Below are positions 11,601 through 21,574 of a stretch of DNA of 64,000 nt, piece after piece. The stretch lies in assembly GCA_000002445.1 (NCBI GenBank), contig CP000070.1, positions 1,184,001-1,248,000 of the forward strand, given 5' to 3'. Numbering within the stretch: the first letter of the stretch is position 1; each line of letters starts with the position of its first letter. Made by a program: the position numbers and the translations under genes. The notes beneath the pieces were generated by a model. That model worked only from the letters and a program-made list of their open reading frames with translations. It had not been told where the DNA came from and made no database searches. The stretch is from Trypanosoma brucei (taxonomy: Eukaryota).

Positions 11601-13580
11601 CACGTTGCTCATATCTACCCTGCCAATACTAAAAGTTGTAAAACGCTCGAAATCCCTTTCAGGAGTACGGAATGCTTCGAGAATTGCCTCAGCACGCTGG
11701 ACCGCATCGGACTCACCCATGTCCACATCAAAACCACCCACTTTAATACGGTCAGACACCGTGCCCTCGCTAAGGGCCGCCAACATGTTGCGACTGTTGA
11801 ACATCGTGGCTGTATCCTTTAGGTTGCATATGCTCCCATCCATATCCAACGGCGAGTCTAGCCAGTCACAGCTGGCCACTCGCTTCAATGTGCTAGAGAA
11901 ATCCATGTCCGGATTAGCACACATTCGAGCGCACGACGCGGCAAAGTCCGCATCCCCGCAATTGCCTGCGGCACCGTTCTCGCTGCTATCAGTCGGCATA
12001 AACTTTTGCATCCACTCATCGGCTTCTTGGCAGAGGCGACGTGCGGTGCTTTCCATTGTTCGTACGTGTTGATTTCGTATGACCCTCAAGTAATACTCCA
12101 GTGGGTGCTCCACTTTGGTCTCACCTCTGCTATTGTTATTGGAAATGGCTGGCAAGGTATTTCCGCTACCGTCAACACGTAGAAGTACTGCTTCTTCCCC
12201 ATCGCATTTTGTCCCCCAAATTTCTTCACCTTGATTGACGTTAACGTTCCTCAAGGCTGGCTCCGCCGGTATATCATCATCCGAGTTGCCGTCTTCTTTC
12301 CCCTCATCATCGGAGCAACGGCTTTCGTTCTCAATCACTTGGAGTTCTTGCCGAAGCCCCAAAATAGCTTCATTGTGCTTGGCACTGGAGGGTAATTTCC
12401 CCCTAGCAACCCAGCAGAAGTGGCGCAGTTTCACAGCTGCGATCGACACATCCATCATTCCGGATAGCATGTCTTCAATGAGGACAGTATCGGTCGCACT
12501 TACGTGCTGCAATTCTAGTGCCATCCGATCGTTAAGGTAAAGAGCAGCACGAAGAAGTGCCAATGCATACCGATAAGTAATGGTGATGCTCCCCCGTTGC
12601 TGCTGCTCAGAAAGACCAGTGCTACCACTGGTGTTGTTTTCATCCCCCTCTTCTAAACCTAGCATAACCGCATCTTCCAAGTTACAGTTCTCCTCTAGGT
12701 AAACCATCGCACGCCGCAAATTCAGCACAGCGGCCTCGAAATTACTACGGCCATCGCTTGTGTCACCATCGCGGCGACGGGCCAACGGTGTGCCGTACCA
12801 ATTCTCAAGCTCCTCGTTGTCAAGTAGAACGTATTCACTACTTTCACCACCATCAAACGCAATGTCTTCCAGTGCTCCCCTCGAAATACGCTGCCTCGCT
12901 TGCTTCTCGTCGTCATCAATACACCTAACGGACGAATTGTCATCCCTCGTGCTTGCTGTTGCTGCTGGTGGAAATGCGGAACCAGTGGCGGAGTACACCT
13001 CATCCCTCGTGTCATCCTCCGTCTCACAAAAGCTTTGTCCCTTTGAAAATCGTGTCGCCCTCGAAGACGCCATTTGATCCTCTTGAAGGTCCTGCAGCCG
13101 CTGGTGGTCGTGTTGCAATTCGGACCGTCGCCTTGGCACACGAGCCCCGCAGTGTTCATATATGACACCGGGTACCTTCCACACGGTTATAAACTTCGCA
13201 AGTCGTTCCCTAGTTACTTTGCATGCACAGAGGGATTGAAACAACTCCATCGTCGGGGCAACAATAGCTTCCCCATCTTCAACCGCTTTACGAAAGGAAT
13301 TAGCTAGCGAACCAACCGCATCACCAGTGAAAAGATCCGCGTCGTTATTGTACATGGTGTCGAGGGTCTCCTTCGAGACAACAAATGTGCTCACGCTATC
13401 ACGCAAGAGTTGCTGCAGCGCAGTGGCGGCGGCCTCCGCCTCAGAATCGACGGAGACAAGTAACTCCTGCTGAAGGTCATCGTGTGATGCATTGGCATAC
13501 ATGCGGCTAATGTATGTTTTGGGGTCAAAGGCGCAGCTCGTTAGGTCGACGTAAACATCGTGCCCCTTCTCGTCTCCCAT
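8649..13580 (-). CDS. large (1643 aa) conserved hypothetical protein
   Basis: Uninterrupted 4.9 kb ORF with ATG confirmed at 13578-13580. Amino-acid composition is protein-like throughout, and the antisense ORFs are short and low quality. I recognise no diagnostic motif. Confidence 0.8.
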   Translation of the reverse strand: MGDEKGHDVYVDLTSCAFDPKTYISRMYANASHDDLQQELLVSVDSEAEAAATALQQLLRDSVSTFVVSKETLDTMYNNDADLFTGDAVGSLANSFRKAVEDGEAIVAPTMELFQSLCACKVTRERLAKFITVWKVPGVIYEHCGARVPRRRSELQHDHQRLQDLQEDQMASSRATRFSKGQSFCETEDDTRDEVYSATGSAFPPAATASTRDDNSSVRCIDDDEKQARQRISRGALEDIAFDGGESSEYVLLDNEELENWYGTPLARRRDGDTSDGRSNFEAAVLNLRRAMVYLEENCNLEDAVMLGLEEGDENNTSGSTGLSEQQQRGSITITYRYALALLRAALYLNDRMALELQHVSATDTVLIEDMLSGMMDVSIAAVKLRHFCWVARGKLPSSAKHNEAILGLRQELQVIENESRCSDDEGKEDGNSDDDIPAEPALRNVNVNQGEEIWGTKCDGEEAVLLRVDGSGNTLPAISNNNSRGETKVEHPLEYYLRVIRNQHVRTMESTARRLCQEADEWMQKFMPTDSSENGAAGNCGDADFAASCARMCANPDMDFSSTLKRVASCDWLDSPLDMDGSICNLKDTATMFNSRNMLAALSEGTVSDRIKVGGFDVDMGESDAVQRAEAILEAFRTPERDFERFTTFSIGRVDMSNVLECSATQLRMYSAALLTQLEDRAGMEANVQAHTAAGAASTFADRLFTACVDQLEVILVSYWGGIAEEVHAGMFDFSPDPSSMLYRMLNGPALHEKVNVPMTRVRGGGGGGNSCEEELPSLRYVPVVHDKGPSLRELSVSAVRQVVRLTSDILQALLLTNVNRTVLQCFVRTMSSYRPRDLVGDDSNCEVDRDAYDSVEDEHAELHAALLVEVIVAQWEKAMLHVSGAVRRMKVVIGESCTSSLVQGGTQAHQVGELMQELEELRSNLFRCYTHGVGMLVKAYVTLLPSLQPSIAKASKPAEVNEASINEYNDIHSANGGKNAGAHSSVCARVSREFVSSVLTNKFLNLISFVVDRTAPFLQRFDEVHGGIDLFVEKAERLEGEGNYRRRRRKAQGEYNNPGDKSKVSGANKQRLDDTDQQLDATSTFMAESNSKLVLKHVAEHEDMLLALIADILLVFVDALHHKCQRVSLDVEAAPETCECAIMESLADALCLSMAVTPIITNELIVPCLLDVVVRLNSDPKTSRGSVLMIKQKTADFRKVHLALVEEHCQLLVDALLGMLASAPQQRITRVVQDAGFIHPMMDWQRVSPLTAGAVRPYVGRSFALIARAHEQIHWLRQPMLAAAITQRLVAHLAMVFVAATTPNGNVFEISLDCSTSFLTYGLLLIEAEGRTILNVTKAIIQSVTENPCAGSVLPELTSAYEVLQSTVAALAERGFAAYKSLEEAEALRSSQGPLLNTMQGSMLMSSQRAERCEAMVESALQNSRFIVEAMLTHVKESSQGGRYHAMAFAPLGSSVAEIVAERLAKRKEGYHRTKGPQKQKEKDVRFVGEKERSVEEAPHEAVAASAVKVSSRRKTSRILDDSKTSAADDPLEGTIRDQPITKRLSVLRYAVVQEERRAAETEATATQSKQTDSQSRQDDSLDRGHERSLSSVKARNSQKRRHVLSSSIADGDTFLPSAAATTPFGGGKTSTRAFKRSILH

Positions 13581-13800
13581 CGAATTACTCCCTTCCTTGC
13601 AAGAAAAAAAACAAACAAACTAAAAGCACACAGAAGAACACGCACCTCAAGCGCTGCCCGCTACTATGCCTTGGCGGGCTGTGATAGTATCAACCACAAC
13701 GAATCCCTAGCACCCTAAAACAACAACTATTCGTAACAAAAAAAACAATTAAAAAGAGACAGTGCGACCCCGCTAAACGCGCAAGTGGAGCAGGGCTGAT

Positions 13801-13804
<4 letters not shown>

Positions 13805-13832
<28 letters not shown>
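13805..13832. repeat. (AT)n microsatellite
   Basis: atatatatatatatatatatatata seen directly. Other (AT)n runs are at 21148-21167, 28626-28642, 29089-29107, 30300-30317 and 34991-35008, all intergenic. Confidence 0.9.
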
Positions 13833-13837
<5 letters not shown>

Positions 13838-15212
13838 TTTCACAGGTTGACCAAACCACATTAAAGGCACCCCTAAAATGAATTGGGGAACAGTGGACAG
13901 AACAGGTGCAGTTGTGGCAGTGGTTAGCAATGATGAAAGGACAACAGCAACACGCACGGAATCTCATAATTTTCCGTGCACATTTCCCTTTCCCCCCCCC
14001 TTCCATCGGGTACATCTCTTCCACCTTAAATGCAGCAACAACAAAAATGATGTCAAATATCACAAAAAAATTTAAAAAGCAGTAGCAGTATGACAACGTA
14101 TACAAAGCAACAGTAACCTGCAGACGTCACAGTAGAAAAAAAAACCCATTTTAAGATGACCAACCTTCACTTTATTATCTTCTTGTTCGACACACTATTT
14201 TTTTTCTTTGGAAAGTGGCGGCAGGACTAAAAGAGCATCCAACGACTTTGGAAATTGCATTGGAAGGGCGGTGATGGCGGTGATCATAGCAAACAACAAG
14301 GGATGAGAGGAAGGGAAGGTAACAGAAGGTTAGGGGCGCCGAGAGCATATTCCCCTCCTCCGTAGAATTTTACAATGTCTTCTTTTCTTTTCTTTATGAT
14401 AGCGAAGGGAAATTAGGGGATCACACACCCTCCCGTTTCCGCGTTTTCACTCAACTTCCCTTCCCTTCCCTAATTCTCCCCCCTCCACACACCCTTTTCA
14501 TAAAACACAAACAGTTTTCTGCAGTATTCTCCGCCTACGGGATTTTAAATCTCATCCAACTTTTTTTTTTCCCCATCCCCTTACTTGTTTATTCACTTCC
14601 CCTTTTCTCTTTTTCTTTCCTTCTCCTCGTTTTTCCTTATGTTTCCCTTCTTTCGCTACCTCCTCACAGACCCGATGAAGAACCATGGTAGTTTGTTGCA
14701 CGTGTAGGGGCACACACACACACGCACACATATCTCCTTTTTTCCCCCTTTCTCCTCTAAATCCAAACTTCCGCACCCTTTCCTAATCTTCCACACGCTC
14801 TTATTTTATTTTTTCTCACCCTAGTTTTTCACTTCTTCCAGCAATCTCCCGTCACCACGCTTCGGCGTCATGTATGCGCTTTCTCCTCCCATTCACGTGT
14901 TTGATACACTGCATGCAAACACAAAGCGAGAGGAAATGAAGAACGGACTAAAGGGGGAAAAAACGAAAGGATCATGCGAGTAGAGTTTGGGTGAATCGAA
15001 TGTATACCTGTTGACATGCACAAAACATGGAGTTCTCATGTACTGACTCATATATTTGATTTTCCTTTCACTATTTCTGTTTTCTCGCCCACTATCACAC
15101 ACGTTCTACCGCCCTCACCGTATACGTACCACCTTCCTAAATACAAGTAACGCAGGTAAAAAGTAAAATAAAGGGAGGGAAATACCCGAGAAAGCACAGT
15201 ACTTTAACCAGC

Positions 15213-16799
15213 TCACTCATCAGCGGTGTATGCCAAGTACTTCGGGTCTTGGGTGGTCCTCAAGAAAGCACTTTGGACCATGCAACTTTCCATTTCTTGG
15301 GCGTATTGCTGACCGTAGCTGGCCATGCGCCCCATGACGTTCACCATGCGCAGCCTGAAATTAGTTAGAAACCTTTCCTCATAGTAAGCATGAAGTCTAT
15401 CACTCACATCCTTCGCGTACGCCGTGAAGGCATTGTCAGATCCCCCACCAACTTCGTTGCTGTGTATCCATAGGCATTGGACGTAGTCCACCGCCTCAAT
15501 AGCCGCGTCGAGATAAGTCACTTCAAATAGAATCCTCTCGTAAACCTCGCGCTTGTTACGCGACTGTTGCTTTTCAATTGCAAGTGCCGTGTTGGAACAC
15601 AACTCTGATGATTGATCTGCCGCACATGAAAGTTCACCACCCGCGGGAGAGGCGTGGAGAACGTCCGAGTACGCTTTAAGTGCATCGGCAACATCCTTTA
15701 GCGCCGTGATGTTATCCATTGAATTCTTCATGTAGGTAAAATACGGAGGCGCAGCCGCCGACAGGGCATCACGGTAGGTAGTAAGGTAGTGACTCACATC
15801 ACCCCAATACGCCAAATATCCCACAACGTTCGCGGTATCTCCAGAAGACTTGGGGTATTCACTGGGCGAACCATTAGCGAATGGCACTGCTTTCGGGAGT
15901 TCAGCTGTTTTCTTGGGAGCTGGTTCCGGCGGCGGTGCTTCTGCTTGTGAGCCCTTTCCACCCTTTACCCACGATCCGAACATCTTCACGATACTACGCA
16001 CGGCCTTCGTGGATGATCCTGTTATTGTCGACACACGCTCGGACCCCAGTATGCCTCCCTTACGCTTGCTGTGGGCAACGATAGGAGCATTGCGTACACG
16101 GAAATCCTCGAGGAGTACACGCATTTTCTCGACCCAGTCCTCAAAGGCCTCGCGTGGAAGCTGGAAGAAGTTGGGGGTGTACGTTGAGAAGTACACGACC
16201 TCGGGTAAAATGGCAATCTCACGCAGGAAACGTGCAATAGTGTGTTGCTGGGCCAGAAGAATATTCTCCTTTGTGATGAACGTTCCAAAGTCATCAAACT
16301 TGGACTTGGGAGGAAGCGGCGGGATGATCATTGTGGGGAACTGATAGGCCAACAAGGTGCGAAACTCCACCAATTCGCTGTAACGTCGATCGAGCTGTGC
16401 GGTAGACGAGGGCTCCCACGTGTTCCGTCCGATGCCGATGTCGGTACCACCCATGTGAGGCGCGACCGGCACGTCCGGCACGGAGTACGCCGACGAGTCC
16501 CCAGGTCTAACTGTAGTGACAATAGGAAAGAAGGTAATGGGTCGAATCATACCAGCACCAAGAACGGCGGACTCAACAGTAAACTTTGCCAGTGTGGGAA
16601 TGTTGAGCTTCGGCGCCGGGGGCGGGGTACTATCAACCACTGCAACAGGTTGCGGCTGCTCTTTTGCCTGTTGTGGTGCCTCCGGTTGTGACAACGGATG
16701 CTGAGGTTGGTGTACCAACTGTTCATGCATCTGCTGCGACTCCTGGAAGGGGTCGTCGATTTCCGTCCCAGGAAAGCTGCCGTCACCTGAAGGCATCAT
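15213..16799 (-). CDS. PX (phox-homology) domain protein, sorting-nexin-like
   Basis: 528 codons with ATG at 16797-16799. The PX signature is RRYSELVEFRTLLAYQFPTMIIPPLPPK (RR[YF]S[DE]F ... PxxPxK phosphoinositide-binding motif). The N-terminus is Pro/Gln-rich. The C-terminal half is helical and could be BAR-like. Confidence 0.8.
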   Translation of the reverse strand: MMPSGDGSFPGTEIDDPFQESQQMHEQLVHQPQHPLSQPEAPQQAKEQPQPVAVVDSTPPPAPKLNIPTLAKFTVESAVLGAGMIRPITFFPIVTTVRPGDSSAYSVPDVPVAPHMGGTDIGIGRNTWEPSSTAQLDRRYSELVEFRTLLAYQFPTMIIPPLPPKSKFDDFGTFITKENILLAQQHTIARFLREIAILPEVVYFSTYTPNFFQLPREAFEDWVEKMRVLLEDFRVRNAPIVAHSKRKGGILGSERVSTITGSSTKAVRSIVKMFGSWVKGGKGSQAEAPPPEPAPKKTAELPKAVPFANGSPSEYPKSSGDTANVVGYLAYWGDVSHYLTTYRDALSAAAPPYFTYMKNSMDNITALKDVADALKAYSDVLHASPAGGELSCAADQSSELCSNTALAIEKQQSRNKREVYERILFEVTYLDAAIEAVDYVQCLWIHSNEVGGGSDNAFTAYAKDVSDRLHAYYEERFLTNFRLRMVNVMGRMASYGQQYAQEMESCMVQSAFLRTTQDPKYLAYTADE

Positions 16800-17437
16800 T
16801 CTTTTCCCTCTTTTCTTTGTATTTTATTACCTTCCTCCTTTCGTGATGTTTCGCGTCACCACTAAAATTTCAGCGTGTCACACACAAGCTAAACGGATTG
16901 GTGATCTACAGCTTGTGGAGATCTGTTAAACTAGTTGTCCTGCTTTCCTTCGTTTCTTAAGTACGTTTGATGAAGGGTGTTTTCAAGTTCAGTAAGAAAA
17001 GCAGGACATGTCGGTGCAACAAACCATGAAAGTAAATCCAAACACAAACCCGCCACGCACAAAGGTGACACTTCCCCCATATGTCATAGGATTGCACCCA
17101 GAGAAAAGGAGATTACATGGTGCGCAAGGCGATGATAAGTTAAAACACGAACAGAAAATGAGGGTAGGGAAAGTTAGCATATAAATATAAAATAAAAAAA
17201 AAGCGGACAAGCACAGGGCGACCTACCGAAGCTTGTCAGTAAACATAGCTCACCTCTACACCTTGCTAAATTTGCGGACATCATCATTCTGATACCAGTT
17301 TTTCACACGCTCCATACTCCTCTACATCCCCTTTTCTCCGCCCATCCCCAACAGGACGTGACAGTTTTGTGTAATGTCACCGCAGCAACGCGTGACCGTC
17401 CACTGTATCCCAAGTCAAAAAAAAAAAACAGTGGGCC

Positions 17438-18661
17438 TTAACTTGCCAGAGACTCTTTTGCTTTTCTGGTCACATGCGTTTCCGGTTCCATTCCCAGCAC
17501 AAGTGCTTTTTGAAGATCAACCAGTGTTCCTTGCTTCATATCCATGTCACTCAGCAATGTCCGATGCCGTGCAGCGCTACCCAGTACATCGTCGCGCATC
17601 GTATTGCAGGCCGCCTTACGTCTCTCGTAATCAAGCAACAACTTCTTTGATCCTACCATAGGCATTTTTTCGCGTATTCTAAGATTACTGGCAGTGAAGT
17701 GGTCACGCTGACGCTTCGTTTGTGCTAACTTATCACGCAGGCCGTTCAGCTCTTCCTCCGTCGACGCTACCTGCCGCCGAAGTTGGCCGTTTTCAATCTT
17801 CATAAACTCTAGTTTTTCCTTTACATGTGTTAGAACATGAATTGTGGTGGTTACTTTACGTCGCAACCTCACAATGTCTTCGTTCCGCTCCTCAATCTTC
17901 TCATTCAGATTTGTGTTCTCAATTTTCAGTTGCTCAAAATCAATGAGGCTCATTCCATCCTGCTGCTGATCACGTTGAGCCATAGCTCTTTGCAACTCCT
18001 CCATTTCGTACCGCAACAAATTATACCGTATGCGCGCCCGCTGAATTAAGCGACGCTGAAGGGCATCCCTGTTGAGGAATTCGTCAATTTCCTCTTTGGT
18101 CAGTCGCTTGTTCGTGCGCACAAACTGCACACGCTCTGCAAGTTCTCTAATGTACTGACGAAACATCTCCTCGTGTTTTTGAGAAGAGTCAATAGTGCCC
18201 TGGTGTCGTGACTGCATTTCTGTAAAGGCCGCCTCTGCCGCCTCACAACGGGAACGTTGCTGTTGCCATTCTTCCCTCATCTGCCATATGGATATCCAGT
18301 ATTGTTGTTCTGCCTCGACTGTCATAGCCTGGTGTTGGTTCAGGTCTTCACCCTTCCGCTGCCGCTGGGCTGTGAAGTGTTGCGTCAGCAGTCGCTGAAG
18401 TGCTACACTGCGCTCGACAACACTGTTGTAGCGGTTGACAAGTTCCCTGTACTCCTCCTTGAAGGTGACGCGTGGCTCCGCTTCCACACCCTCAGCAGCC
18501 GCAGCAGAAGCTGCGGCTGCAACTGCAACGGTGGTGGTGAAGTTAGCCCGTTTCTCTGCCTCCCGTTGAGCACAGAACTCCTTCCAGCGCTGCTGGATGA
18601 CGGTGGCCGCCTTCATTTGCTGCTCCTCCTCCCTCACCTGCTGGTCATCATACTCGTACAT
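17438..18661 (-). CDS. coiled-coil protein, hypothetical
   Basis: 407 codons with ATG at 18659-18661. E/Q/R/K-rich heptad-like sequence throughout (EEQQMKAATVIQQRWKEF, LQRAMAQRDQQQDGM, KIENTNLNEKIEERNEDIVRLRRK). Confidence 0.7.
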   Translation of the reverse strand: MYEYDDQQVREEEQQMKAATVIQQRWKEFCAQREAEKRANFTTTVAVAAAASAAAAEGVEAEPRVTFKEEYRELVNRYNSVVERSVALQRLLTQHFTAQRQRKGEDLNQHQAMTVEAEQQYWISIWQMREEWQQQRSRCEAAEAAFTEMQSRHQGTIDSSQKHEEMFRQYIRELAERVQFVRTNKRLTKEEIDEFLNRDALQRRLIQRARIRYNLLRYEMEELQRAMAQRDQQQDGMSLIDFEQLKIENTNLNEKIEERNEDIVRLRRKVTTTIHVLTHVKEKLEFMKIENGQLRRQVASTEEELNGLRDKLAQTKRQRDHFTASNLRIREKMPMVGSKKLLLDYERRKAACNTMRDDVLGSAARHRTLLSDMDMKQGTLVDLQKALVLGMEPETHVTRKAKESLAS

Positions 18662-20117
18662 GGTTACTATACAAATTGAAGGGAGGTGAATGTGTACAAA
18701 ATAACTAACTGTGCTGGACGCACACTGTCGTGTCTAAAATGTTGCCTCCTCCTTTGCTCTGGCTAATTATGATGGTTGTGTTTCTGGATCGTAAAGACTC
18801 AATGAGGAGAATATGTATACAAAGTTATATACTGTCAGAGACACGTGGGTGATCAAGTGATGTGCAACAAATAATAATAATAATAATTGTGTGAAATCAC
18901 ACTGGAAAGAAAATTTGGAACCCTTCAATCACAGAGGATGTGCCTACAGTAGTTGTGATATGAGTACGGATTCTACCTTCTTTTTTGTTTCCTCCCAACA
19001 GTTCGCCCACTATGAACGAGGGGTCTATGGTTGAACGGGTTTTGGCAAAGGAGGCCGTAAGTTCGTGGGGGATGTGTTCCACTGAGGCGTTGCTTTTTGC
19101 TGCTGTCGCTCCTGCCGTTTCGCCTTCGTCTCGTCCGCCATACGCTTTTCTAAATGTTCTAGACGCTCCAGCGCGAAAGATTTTATTGGAAGCAACTTTG
19201 GGGGACAAAGAAGTCCCTTTGGCTCTTCCGATTCGTGGAAAACGAAGCCGGTCGTCGGAAGAACTTCCGCGGGGAGCGTCTCATCGCTCCCTGCACGTTG
19301 CTGCGGCTGTTCCATGACTCCACCTTCCCTATTTGCCCACACTACCTTGGCGTACAAGAAACGGGAAGTGAAATACAGGTCGCACGTAAAGATAACTTCA
19401 CAAACGCTTCACAAAACAAAAAAAAAAGAAGAACGGGCAGGCACACGGATGTATTTTTTTCAAGTTGAGTTATCCACTTAAGACCATCGGAGGGAGATTG
19501 TCGAAGTTGAGATACGCCACTTCCACAGGATCATAAATTTTTCTTTTTTTTTTTCGTCTTTCATTAGTCTCAAAGATATCCACGATCCTCTGGCGCACCC
19601 GTACCCCTTCACATCACTTGATTTTTCTTTGCCTTACCCTCCATTTTGTGGACCTGTGAACGCAGAATGAGAAATAACAAAGACGTCTGGAAGGCGGGAA
19701 TTAGATCAAATAATAATGAAAAGGTTAGTTGGCGGCAATACGCAGCACCTCGCACTCATATCTCCACTTGTCCCTCTTGTTGCTGTATTCCACCTCCTTC
19801 ACTAACGACACGAGAAAGATCAACCGTGTACTTCTCATGAGATCATCGTTACAATCCCACACCCCTTCCCTCTTATACCCCTTCCCTCATAATTTGCCTT
19901 CACATTTTCATTTCCCCTGACATGCCACAGCTTTTTCTCTTCGACCACTTCCACAAATAGATGAAAATATAATGTAATATAAATATATGTATCCTTGCGA
20001 GGGGTCTTACGAGCTTCATATATCTTGTTTTGTCCCATGCGCATGTATTTAACTGCCCTCCACCTCTCCTCCAGTCGTGTTTAGTCGCCTTGAATTTTCG
20101 TCTGTCCCCGCAACCAC

Positions 20118-20723
20118 TTAAAATAGCGACATTTCAGCGTCCACCTCGGCCTCTTCTTCCTCCACTTGCACGACGGGGCGGGGGCCGTTGCTTTCAAGCG
20201 CCTCCCCTGCAAGCACGTGCTGGAGTTGGGCCTCGAAGTTGGACTGAGTAATGGTGAAGCTCTGCAAGAACTGCTGGCGCCACACAATTTTCCCATCAGC
20301 CGCAACAATGAATGCCATAGGGCACGACATCACGCTGAGGTTGGCCACATCGGCGTATGTCTTCCCCGTTGCTTTCTTGTCATCAAAGAGAATGTGCGGA
20401 GGCGCAAGCCGGAGGGGCTTCTTCGTGTTCTCGTCCACGATTTCCTTGCCGAGATATTTTTCGGTCTTCGCTTTGTCTGCGTCATTGCTGATCGCCACGA
20501 AGACGACACCCTTCGGGCCGTACTTCTCGGACAAAACAGTGAATTCCTCGTTGACAACATCAGCACCACGGTAAAAGGTATTAAAGAAGTAGAGGACATA
20601 CACCTTTCCATTCTCCAATTCCACCTTATCACCACGTATGGGCTCAAGGGCGGAGAGTGCAGGGGCAACTTGACCGAAGGACTTATCGTCGCAGTATGTC
20701 GTCACGTCAATTGTATCGGTCAT
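20118..20723 (-). CDS. thioredoxin-fold protein lacking the CxxC active site (tryparedoxin/TlpA-like, probably redox-inactive)
   Basis: 201 codons with ATG at 20721-20723. GKVYVLYFFNTFYRG...VVFVAISNDADKAKTEKYL...AFIVAADGKIVWRQ matches the layout of tryparedoxin/TlpA (GKxVxxYFxAxWCxPC...VVxVSxD...). NTFY replaces WCPPC. Acidic C-terminal tail. Confidence 0.72.
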   Translation of the reverse strand: MTDTIDVTTYCDDKSFGQVAPALSALEPIRGDKVELENGKVYVLYFFNTFYRGADVVNEEFTVLSEKYGPKGVVFVAISNDADKAKTEKYLGKEIVDENTKKPLRLAPPHILFDDKKATGKTYADVANLSVMSCPMAFIVAADGKIVWRQQFLQSFTITQSNFEAQLQHVLAGEALESNGPRPVVQVEEEEAEVDAEMSLF

Positions 20724-21574
20724 GATTACTTACTGCCGATGATATTTCAGTTATGTATAACAATTAAACCTCCTCTGTTTTCCTTCCTCTTGTATTTCCT
20801 GCCTATTAAAGGGTCTATCCAATAAGTTGTTACAGGTCGTGTAATATCCACCCAGGTTGTACGCGAGAAAACTGCAAAAAAAAGCGAGAAGAAGTAGCTT
20901 CGCTGGCAAGACAAATAAGATCACAGATATAAACCGACAGCATAGTTAGCAATACAATAAGAAGAATTTTGGGAGGACGCACATATAAGGTGTACTGAGG
21001 CACCGAAGAGTTTCCATACCGATCGAGCTTACCACATAAAGCACAAAAAAAGATAGCATTTCTTCCCGTATCAAAAAAAAATAATAATAAAACCCATGAT
21101 AATCCAAAAGTCAGTCTGCGTGTGTGTATAAGGGAAAGGTTTAATGAATATATATATATATATATATGTGCAGTGGCGTAAAGGTGATGTCGGCCGTGCT
21201 TAGTATTAATAATAATAGCCGTAACTACTGAAGCGTTCCTTGCTTCCTAAGGTGAAATAGTCTAACATTTTTCGAAATACAATTCTGGACACTGGCTTGC
21301 ATTTATCATTCTGTTACTTCTTTCTCTGTGTTTGATCGCGCCGTGTAAAGTAAAGCGCTTCACCAGGACCTCTATAGACCCACAAGGTGAATACAGGTGC
21401 AAATTTAATACAAATGAAATTTAACACTCCAAACCAGCGGCCTGAGTTACTTCTCCCGGGCGCGTGGGAAGACAAAAAAATAAACGAACGAAAAAAACTT
21501 TTTTTTAAAAAAAGATCATTTCCCTCCTTCTCTCTGTCGCCCTCTACTATCTGTAGATGTGTTGATTCCGTTTT

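Noticed and set aside
11572-12072. 166-aa plus-strand ORF inside the 1643-aa gene, plus similar antisense ORFs (9699..10049, 12235..12540, 15850..16344, 38021..38527, 41875..42459 and others)
   Set aside because: They are entirely nested antisense within long, well-supported minus-strand CDSs. They are Ser/Arg/Cys-rich, as expected from reverse-complemented coding sequence.
20166-20825. 219-aa plus-strand ORF overlapping the thioredoxin-like gene
   Set aside because: Antisense to an ORF with clear thioredoxin-fold similarity. Its composition is Cys/His/Leu-rich without motifs, and it is on the opposite strand from all neighbours.
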